DNA of 64,000 nt, taken from positions 1,028-65,027 of the forward strand of contig JAGQHQ010000005.1 in assembly GCA_020431705.1 (NCBI GenBank), in the 5' to 3' direction. The DNA is from Candidatus Babelota bacterium (GTDB lineage Bacteria; Babelota; Babeliae; Babelales; Vermiphilaceae). Shown piece after piece: positions 57,207-64,000 of the stretch (the stretch's first letter is position 1; each line of letters starts with the position of its first letter). A program made the position numbers and the translations under genes. The notes under the pieces were generated by a model. It ran no database searches and was not told the origin of the DNA. It was given only the letters and a program-made list of their open reading frames with translations.

Positions 57207-57750
57207 GAAAACCGTGGCCTTTTAAGGCCGGGGATGAATGGTCTCCCTTAGTGGGCGGATATGAGTAAAAGTTAAAAACTTTTGCGAATGCACACTAAAA
57301 ATGGCATATTGGACAATATGAGTAAATATTGGAAAGGATCGCAAACAACGCATAGGCTTATGTATCACTTAGTGTGGATTCCAAAGTACAGAAAGAGAAT
57401 GTTAAGAGGAAGAATAGCAAAACGAATTGAAGAACTGCTGGACGAATGTGCAGATATGAATAGGTGGAAACTAAATATTCAACCTGATCATGTACATGTT
57501 CTTGTTCGGATGAGGCCTGAAGTAAGTGTGAGTAAAATGGTTCAGCTATTCAAGGGAATGAGCAGTAAAGTAATTCGCGAAGAATTTCCTGAATTAAAAG
57601 AATTCTTGTGGGGTAAAAGTTTTTGGGCAGATGGATATTTTGCTGAAACATCAGGACAGCTGAATGAAAGCCAAATTAGGGAGTACATTAAAAATCAATA
57701 AACTTTTGAAGGGCTATGAAAAGCGGTGGCTTTTAAGCCACCCGTGCATT
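57207..57750 (+). mobile_element. IS200/IS605-family insertion sequence (tnpA only)
   Basis: A Y1 transposase gene is flanked by similar subterminal hairpins: GGCCTT-tt-AAGGCC (57216-57229) and GGTGGCTT-tt-AAGCCACC (57725-57742). The boundaries are approximate. Confidence 0.7.
57318..57701 (+). CDS. tnpA: IS200/IS605 family Y1 (HUH) transposase TnpA
   Basis: MSKYWKGSQTTHRLMYHLVWIPKYRKRML, the HUH motif PDHVHVLV and the catalytic Tyr context WADGYFAETSG are present. The track ORF starts at 57282 (TTG). Confidence 0.9.
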   Translation: MSKYWKGSQTTHRLMYHLVWIPKYRKRMLRGRIAKRIEELLDECADMNRWKLNIQPDHVHVLVRMRPEVSVSKMVQLFKGMSSKVIREEFPELKEFLWGKSFWADGYFAETSGQLNESQIREYIKNQ

Positions 57751-57766
57751 TACTTTTTCCATATTA

Positions 57767-58243
57767 CTATTGAGAAAGCGCATCTTGCAAAAAAGTAATT
57801 TTATTATGATGGTCAACAGATAAAATATCTGGTTTGCCGTTACCAAGAATGTCACCAGCAGCAATAATCAAGAATTCATTTTGATTTGCATGCGCTTTAT
57901 TCAAATAAGTGTGTGATGTTTGTAATTTACCGGTAAAATAGTTGGTACCTTCAGATCCATTTGCAAAACCATATGTATAATAGAAGTTTTCATCTACACC
58001 GCCACCATGATAACCTTCCGGTTTCCAGCCTATACCTTCATTACCGCTTAGAATTGTCGAATAATTGCCATGTTGTGCCCAATGAGATTTTTGTGCTGCA
58101 TATAATGAATGTAGGTTCATATATGCCTCAGCTCGTTTTGATTTTGCTAAAAATTTGGTGAAGCTTGGAATGGAGATCATTGCAAGAAAAGCAATAATAG
58201 CAACAACGATCATCAATTCGATGATCGTGAATCCCTTTTTCAT
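57767..58243 (-). CDS. Type IV pilin / pseudopilin
   Basis: MKKGFTIIELMIVVAIIAFLAMISIP is a class III prepilin leader (G|FTxxE) followed by a hydrophobic helix. Confidence 0.85.
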   Translation of the reverse strand: MKKGFTIIELMIVVAIIAFLAMISIPSFTKFLAKSKRAEAYMNLHSLYAAQKSHWAQHGNYSTILSGNEGIGWKPEGYHGGGVDENFYYTYGFANGSEGTNYFTGKLQTSHTYLNKAHANQNEFLIIAAGDILGNGKPDILSVDHHNKITFLQDALSQ

Positions 58244-58432
58244 GTCTGCCCCCTTACCCTTTACTGATGATCATGTTTTTATAGTAAATCCATGTTCAGT
58301 TATCGCGCAAGGATATACTAATTTTTTTTATATTGTGCTTATAAAACAGATAGAAAGCTCTTTGCTTGCGGGGTAGAAAACGATATACTAGTGCCATATT
58401 AAGAACATATAGTAATAAAAGGTGTGTGCCCT

Positions 58433-58747
58433 ATGAGAAAAAAATTTACGGGAGTTTTGTTGTGCCTTTCGTTGTTGTGTGTGATGGTGCAAAAAATATG
58501 CGCAGATTCATTTTCTGATTCGCATACTGTCAAGCAAGTAGCGCTTATTGTGGCGAGCTTAGGTATCACGTGTGGTGGTACTTATTTGATAAGTAAAACT
58601 TCAAAAGGTATTCTAAATAAAGTGTGCAGCTTGGTTGGTGGTTCTGCGATGATTGTAGCTGGACTTGCTGGAATTGTATTAAGTGATGCATTGTTAGATT
58701 CTATTCAAGAGGTACTTGAAAAGGCTACTGAGTCAAGTGATTTGTAA
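58433..58747 (+). CDS. Small exported protein consisting of the bilobed hydrophobic module only
   Basis: MRKKFTGVLLCLSLLCVMV is followed by VALIVASLGITCGGTYLISKTSKGI and KVCSLVGGSAMIVAGLAGIVL. These align with the N-terminus of 54817..56541 (VAKAVLGSGLVAGGGYLLKKNLAGI; KICGAATAVFLGLGLL). Confidence 0.5.
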   Translation: MRKKFTGVLLCLSLLCVMVQKICADSFSDSHTVKQVALIVASLGITCGGTYLISKTSKGILNKVCSLVGGSAMIVAGLAGIVLSDALLDSIQEVLEKATESSDL

Positions 58748-58762
58748 TATATCGGGATATTA

Positions 58763-60694
58763 ATGAGTAAAAAATGGTATGTCACCACACCAATTTATTA
58801 TGTAACTGCAAAACCACATTTGGGTTCTTTATATTCAACATTGTTGGCTGATGTGATAGCACGCTGGAAAAAATTACAGGGTCGAGAAGTATTTTTTTTA
58901 ACTGGTACAGACGAGCATGGGCAAAAAGTTGCGCAAGCAGCAGAGCAAGCAGGTAAAGAACCAAAAGAGTTTATTGATGGTTTTATTGGTGCATACAAGG
59001 ATGCATGGCATAAATATGGCATCGAATATTCTTATTTTATTCGTACTACTGATGATTATCATGTAAAAGCAGTGCAACAATGGCTCAAATACTTACAAGA
59101 AAAAGGTTCCATTTATAAAGGCGAGTATACAGGCTGGTATTGTACACCATGTGAAACATTTATAACATCTCAAGAAGATAGTCCGTTATGTTCTTCATGT
59201 GGGCGGCCAACTGAGTATGTTACAGAAGAGACCTACTTTTTTAAACTCTCTGTATACCAAGATAAATTACTCAAATTTTACAAGGATAATCCAAACTTTA
59301 TCGTGCCAAAAGCACGCGCGAATGAAGTCATTAATTTTGTGAAAGAGGGCTTAAAAGACTTAAGTATTTCTCGTACAACTGTGACATGGGGAATTCCATT
59401 TCCTGATGATGAAAAACATGTTTCATATGTGTGGGCTGATGCATTGAATAATTATATTACTGCTGTTGGATATGGTAATAAATATCGCCAAAGTGATTTC
59501 CAAAAATGGTGGCCTGCAGATACGCATGTAATGGGTAAAGACATTGTACGTTTTCATGCCGTTTATTGGCCAGCATTTTTACTTGCTTCTGGTTTACCAT
59601 TGCCAAAACAACTTCTGGTGCATGGGTGGATTAAAACAAATAATAAAAAAATGTCTAAATCGTTGGGTAATGTTGTTGATCCAATGGAATTGTATACTAC
59701 CTATGGTCCAGATCAGGTGCGTTACTATTTATTACGCCATATGGCAATTACACAAGATGGTGATTTTACCATTAAGCATCTTGAAGAAGTGATTACAACT
59801 GATCTAGCAAATAATCTGGGTAATTTATTAAATCGTACTATTGCATTAGCAGAAAAAAATCAAGTGTTTGATATTAAAGCACCTGAAGTTTGGCATAAAG
59901 GTGCCATTGACTTGCGTGATGAATGTTTGAATATGCTAGAAGATGTGCATGAATATATGGATGAGTATTTATTCCATATGGCGCTTGCTCGTGCTGCTAA
60001 GTATATTAGTAGTGTCAATGCGTATTTTCATTTGCAGGAACCGTGGAAGCTGGCAAAAATAGACAAGGATTTGTTTAATGAAGCTTTAAGTGCGGTGTGC
60101 CATTCATTGTATGTTGTTGCTATTATTCTGTGGCCGACGATGCCGCACAAGATGCCTGAGTTGCTAAAAGCTCTTGGTTCTGCGTTTGATTTGAGAAATA
60201 ATACAATAGAGAAACTTGAGCTTGGTATGTGGAATAAGGAATTTATGTTACATAAAACTGAAGAGCCATTATTTATAAAGCCTTACTCCACTGAAGCTAC
60301 GAAGGACAGGCCCAATTATGAAGGAAAAACAGAAGAAAAAAAGTCTTTTGGATTGAGTAATGAGAATGTCATTGATATTAAAGACTTTGCAAAAGTACAT
60401 CTTGTGGTTGGTACAATTATGAAATGTGAGATTGTAGAAAAATCAGAAAAATTATTAAAACTGACTGTGAATTGTGGCCAGTATGGTGTGCGTCAAATTC
60501 TTTCTGGTGTTCGTAAATATTTTATGCCGGAAGACATGATCAATAAACAAGGTGTTTTTGTGGTGAACCTAAAACCGCGCAAAATGATGGACATGATTTC
60601 AGAGGGTATGATGTTGCTTGCCGATGATGGCCGAGGTAATTTGCAAATGATGATGCCGGGTAACCCTGTACCTAATGGAACACAACTAAAATAA
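58763..60694 (+). CDS. metG: Methionyl-tRNA synthetase with C-terminal tRNA-binding (Trbp111/EMAP-like) domain
   Basis: TTPIYYVTAKPHLGS (HIGH-type), the Zn knuckle CTPCETF..CSSCGRP, KMSKSLGN and the C-terminal VGTIMKCEIVEKSEKLLKLTVNCG are present. Confidence 0.95.
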   Translation: MSKKWYVTTPIYYVTAKPHLGSLYSTLLADVIARWKKLQGREVFFLTGTDEHGQKVAQAAEQAGKEPKEFIDGFIGAYKDAWHKYGIEYSYFIRTTDDYHVKAVQQWLKYLQEKGSIYKGEYTGWYCTPCETFITSQEDSPLCSSCGRPTEYVTEETYFFKLSVYQDKLLKFYKDNPNFIVPKARANEVINFVKEGLKDLSISRTTVTWGIPFPDDEKHVSYVWADALNNYITAVGYGNKYRQSDFQKWWPADTHVMGKDIVRFHAVYWPAFLLASGLPLPKQLLVHGWIKTNNKKMSKSLGNVVDPMELYTTYGPDQVRYYLLRHMAITQDGDFTIKHLEEVITTDLANNLGNLLNRTIALAEKNQVFDIKAPEVWHKGAIDLRDECLNMLEDVHEYMDEYLFHMALARAAKYISSVNAYFHLQEPWKLAKIDKDLFNEALSAVCHSLYVVAIILWPTMPHKMPELLKALGSAFDLRNNTIEKLELGMWNKEFMLHKTEEPLFIKPYSTEATKDRPNYEGKTEEKKSFGLSNENVIDIKDFAKVHLVVGTIMKCEIVEKSEKLLKLTVNCGQYGVRQILSGVRKYFMPEDMINKQGVFVVNLKPRKMMDMISEGMMLLADDGRGNLQMMMPGNPVPNGTQLK

Positions 60695-60783
60695 CATTTT
60701 TCCTACGGTTCAAGAAGTTTTTTGATGGATGATTTAGTACGGTACTAGACAAATAGTTTGCTGGGCAGTAGCCTCAAGCGATT

Positions 60784-62778
60784 ATGATAGAAGAAATTGT
60801 TTATTATGTCAGACGCATCAATTCTTTAGGCTTACAACAATCCGCAGTTCGTACTGTTAGAAAAATAAAAGAGTCATATCTTAGATCCTATTGGCGAAAA
60901 AAAGCTTACAATGGAACAGCTGCGTACACATGGCAAGATATTACAAAAAAACATGTTTACACACAAAGCTTTGATCAGTTTTGTATTGAACAAAAAAGGC
61001 ATCAGCTTTCTTTTTTACCTGAGCTGTATAAATATGTTCCGGATAAACAGATTGTTGCTGATGCGGATTTGTTTGTGCAAAATTGTTTTGATGTGCTTGG
61101 TTCAGGTATGCAATATTTTACAACGATACCATGGCATACTGATTTTAGATTAAAAGCGCAACATAAAAAGAGTGGTGATCTACAACATTTTGATTTTTAC
61201 CAATTTGACAAAAATATTTTTTATCAAGATCGTCCAAATCTTATTCTTAATTCTAATCAATCTATAGATAGGTTATCAAAAGATATAAAGGTACCCTGGG
61301 AACTTTCTCGTTGTTATCATTTTTTTGTTTTGGGGCGTGTGTATGAATTAACTGGCGAGCAAAAATATGCCGATAGTTTTTATGCACAGATTCATGATTG
61401 GATAGAGCATAATCCTTATTTGTTTGGTATTAATTGGATGTGCCCTATGGAAGTAGGATTGCGATCGGTTAACTGGGTTATTGCGTCGTATTACTTTTTC
61501 CCAACAAAGCAAATTACTGAATCTTTGTACAATCACTTGATTTATCTAGAAAATAATTGGGAGCTGTATGATGGGCGCACATCAAATCATTATCTTTCAA
61601 ATTTGATTGGTTACTTTTATTTGTGTTGGTTCTTTCAAGATCTGATTGGCGTAGAAAAAAAGCGTGATTGGTGTTATTCAGAATTTTTACGCGAATGGGA
61701 TAAACAAGTTTTTGATGAGGGGACTGATTATGAGGGTTCTACTGCATATCACCGATTTATAATCGAAATGTTTTATCATTTTTATTTATTGTGCAGAGCA
61801 TTTAAACTTGAGTTACCAAAATCATATCAAGAAAAATTAATGCGAATGTTTCAATTTATTGAGTGGTGTACACCGTATGATGGTACATTGATAACAATTG
61901 GTGATGATGATTCTGGAAAAGTGTTGTTTTATGGACTAGGGGGGCTTATTCCATCGAAAAAATATTGTATTAATATGTCTGGTGTTTTTTCCGATGTAGC
62001 CTCGGAGAAGTCGAAATATCAAAGAGCAAAGTTGGAAGAGGTAAAACATTATCAAAAGTTTGGTTTATCAATTATAAAAACAAAGAAATGGCATATAACA
62101 CTGCGCCAACATGCGTATCAAAAAAAACAACCAAATGGGCACTATCATGCCGATGTTGGAAGTATTACTGTTGCAATAAATGGTATGCAATTGTTTATTG
62201 ATCCGGGAAGTTATGTATATACACCATCAGTATATTGGCGAAATTATTTTCGCAGTTATGTACATCATAATACGTTTTTTTTAAATAACGAACCAATTGC
62301 TGTTGATGAAAAATTATTTGTGTTGCCAATTTCTGAGAATAAGTGGAGACCAGAAAAGAATAGGAATAATTTGGAAATTATGTGTATGCATGATTTGTAT
62401 CAACGACGTGGTATTCAGATGAAAAGAAACGTGCAGTTGGATAAAGAAAACAATCAGCTTATTATTAATGATTTCTGTAGTCTTCAAGGAAAAGATACAA
62501 AAAAAACTGATGTCAGCAAAACATATCTGGTGTATTGGAATTTTGTTGTTGGGTTAGAAATAAAAGTAGAAAAAAAAGTAAAAGATTTATTTTTTTTTCA
62601 CAAAAATACGCTATTAGCAATACTTCATTGTGCTGGTCTCGATTTTGAAATCAGTGATGCCTGGGTTGCACCACATTATGGTACAAAGATAAGAACGGTA
62701 GGATTGCGATCCAGTAAAGATTTAGGGGTCGAGGATAGCGTTACTATTGTTATTGAAGCTATCAAAAAGATAATCTAA
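60784..62778 (+). CDS. Heparinase II/III-like (alginate-lyase-fold N-domain plus Hepar_II_III C-domain) protein
   Basis: 664 aa. WELSRCYHF, the alpha/alpha-toroid-like middle region (NWMCPMEVGLRSVNW, RTSNHY) and NGHYHADVGSITV (compare the family GHxHxDxxSF block) are present. The assignment is from memory. Confidence 0.55.
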   Translation: MIEEIVYYVRRINSLGLQQSAVRTVRKIKESYLRSYWRKKAYNGTAAYTWQDITKKHVYTQSFDQFCIEQKRHQLSFLPELYKYVPDKQIVADADLFVQNCFDVLGSGMQYFTTIPWHTDFRLKAQHKKSGDLQHFDFYQFDKNIFYQDRPNLILNSNQSIDRLSKDIKVPWELSRCYHFFVLGRVYELTGEQKYADSFYAQIHDWIEHNPYLFGINWMCPMEVGLRSVNWVIASYYFFPTKQITESLYNHLIYLENNWELYDGRTSNHYLSNLIGYFYLCWFFQDLIGVEKKRDWCYSEFLREWDKQVFDEGTDYEGSTAYHRFIIEMFYHFYLLCRAFKLELPKSYQEKLMRMFQFIEWCTPYDGTLITIGDDDSGKVLFYGLGGLIPSKKYCINMSGVFSDVASEKSKYQRAKLEEVKHYQKFGLSIIKTKKWHITLRQHAYQKKQPNGHYHADVGSITVAINGMQLFIDPGSYVYTPSVYWRNYFRSYVHHNTFFLNNEPIAVDEKLFVLPISENKWRPEKNRNNLEIMCMHDLYQRRGIQMKRNVQLDKENNQLIINDFCSLQGKDTKKTDVSKTYLVYWNFVVGLEIKVEKKVKDLFFFHKNTLLAILHCAGLDFEISDAWVAPHYGTKIRTVGLRSSKDLGVEDSVTIVIEAIKKII

Positions 62779-62847
62779 AAAAATAAGTAAAATCACGTTA
62801 AAAGTTACGAAGAACACAAGAGCAAAGGCAGAAGGGGAGGAGTTTAA

Positions 62848-63348
62848 ATGAAGTGTGAAACTTGTTCTGGGGATTTGGTTACTATAGCGTCTCTTAAAGA
62901 AAGAGATATTGCTACGTATTTAGAAGAACTTTCGGATGTTGTTAGGCATACGTTGTATATTTCATCAAAGCAAACAAAAAAAGAGTGTCTTGAAAGTAGC
63001 AAAGTTGATGTTCAAGAAAATGGCGCTATATGTGTTTATGCAATACTAGAAAACAAAACAAAAAAGCTGATTGGTGCAATTGAAATTCGGCCGATGTATC
63101 AGTTTAAAGGTCAATTATACGTGTGGTTAAATGAACAATATTGGGGTGAGGGATATTTTAAAGAAGCTATCGATTTAATTACGCAAATGTATTTTGAAAA
63201 TGTGCTTGAAACATTTTGTACGGCACATGTTGATGTGATGAATGTGCGAAGTTATAAAGCATTCAAAAAAGCAGGTTTTGCCGATAAAGAAATATATGAC
63301 GGACCGTATGGCAAACAGTATGTATTGGTTTATAAAAGAATTAGTTAG
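62848..63348 (+). CDS. GNAT-family N-acetyltransferase (RimJ/RimL-like)
   Basis: 166 aa. WGEGYFKEAIDLITQMYF and NVRSYKAFKKAGF are typical GNAT motif A/B contexts. Confidence 0.7.
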   Translation: MKCETCSGDLVTIASLKERDIATYLEELSDVVRHTLYISSKQTKKECLESSKVDVQENGAICVYAILENKTKKLIGAIEIRPMYQFKGQLYVWLNEQYWGEGYFKEAIDLITQMYFENVLETFCTAHVDVMNVRSYKAFKKAGFADKEIYDGPYGKQYVLVYKRIS

Positions 63349-63456
63349 TAAGTTTATTGACTTACTACCGTTCAATTTATTTTAATTTTCTAATGTAAAG
63401 CGATTCTTTTAATACAAATAGTGGCCATCTTGATATCGATAGGATGTTTATATAAC

Positions 63457-64000
63457 TATGAGAAATAATAAATTTGTATTTTTATTGTTAATCTTGATTG
63501 GCTATACAGAGACAATTCTGGCAACAAATGGTTACTTTGGGCCTGGTTTTGGTACACGAGCACTAGGTAGAGGCGGCGCCACAACAGCATATGCAGACGA
63601 GACGCTTATAGGAGCTACCAATCCTGCAGGTATGGTACGTTTGGGCAATAGAGCGGATGGAGGGGTTCAGTTTTTTGTTCCTCCTAGAAAATATTGTTTT
63701 ACCGGATCAGAAATGACGAACAATGCTGGTGGTTCTCGAGTAAGTGGGAATAATATCTTTACTATTCCTCATTTTGGGTTTAATTATATGTTTAATGATG
63801 ATATGTCTTTAGGGTTTGCTCTTTACGCCAATGGTTTTAATACAAATTATCCGAAAAATAATCCTATTTTTGGTACCGGCTCATTGGGTGCGAATTTGTT
63901 GCAAATTATTGGAGCGCCAACGTTTTCATTTATTTTTGTAGAGGATGCTGAAGATCAAGATCATTCTTTGGGTATCTCTGCATTAATCGATTTTCAAGCT
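63457..64000 (+). CDS. FadL/TodX (OMPP1) family outer-membrane transporter, N-terminal part (runs off window end)
   Basis: My translation from the ATG at 63457 reads MRNNKFVFLLLILIGYTETILATNGYFGPGFGTRALGRGGATTAYADETLIGATNPAGM. This is the typical FadL N-terminal hatch consensus (NG.f..G.G....g.gGA..A..NPAg). The frame is open to base 64000. Confidence 0.7.

Noticed and set aside
1-64000. Prophage, integrative element, CRISPR-Cas, retron/RT, restriction-modification or toxin-antitoxin modules.
   Set aside because: I found no integrase, reverse transcriptase, Cas, methyltransferase/endonuclease pair, phage structural gene or small adjacent TA-like ORF pair in any frame. The only mobile DNA is the IS200 copy and the IS5/IS982-like debris.

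Overview
This is an AT-rich bacterial chromosome segment. OmpA/Pal, TolC-like, FadL-like and beta-barrel outer-membrane proteins indicate a diderm. It encodes about 55 protein genes, one tRNA and no rRNA or CRISPR. The mix of housekeeping genes, many signal-peptide orphan proteins, IS debris and pseudogenes suggests a host-associated or intracellular lineage such as Dependentiae/TM6. That placement is inference only.

The recognisable core genes are:
- Translation and RNA: aspS (partial), nusA-infB, tRNA-Gly(GCC), a Jag_N-like gene next to mnmE, RNase G, gatB, ybeY-valS, tyrS, metG.
- DNA repair and recombination: nfo, family-4 UDG, MutY-like glycosylase, ruvA, photolyase, short ComEC.
- Envelope and surface: WecA-like GT4, MGDG-synthase-like GT28, Pal/OmpA, TMTC-like GT-C/TPR protein, type IV pilin, heparinase II/III-like protein, GNAT, FadL-like OMP (partial).
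- Other: C11 and M16 peptidases, ldh, secreted GH1 glycosidase, Na+/alanine symporter, and pyrD-pyrE-pyrF.

I found no recognisable defence, CRISPR, retron, RM or toxin-antitoxin system. The points I consider most worth a second look are:
1. An oriC-like locus (9.17-9.49 kb) with two converging arrays of DnaA-box-like 9-mers spaced 11 bp apart.
2. A pyrE-pyrF pair colinear with eukaryotic UMP synthase but split into two ORFs. It lies next to a stand-alone class II aaRS catalytic-core paralogue.
3. A family of secreted proteins with a bilobed hydrophobic (Inc-like) N-terminal module. One member carries a ~160-aa Lys/Ala/Glu-rich tail, one is a tandem truncated paralogue abutting an IS200/IS605 copy, and one is a stand-alone module.
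4. A run of orphan secreted proteins at 22-25.8 kb, one with an NLS-like basic patch.
5. A decay zone at 48.9-52.9 kb. It holds a truB pseudogene, an IS5-like remnant with terminal inverted repeats, a frameshifted TolC-like gene, and a multicopper oxidase with an A7 frameshift and an in-frame TGA just before its HCH copper motif.
6. A site-2-protease (M50) homologue that has lost its HExxH and LDG motifs.

All translations, alignments and hairpins were done by eye. Coordinates of small elements may be off by 1-2 nt. Family assignments rest on remembered motifs, not on searches.
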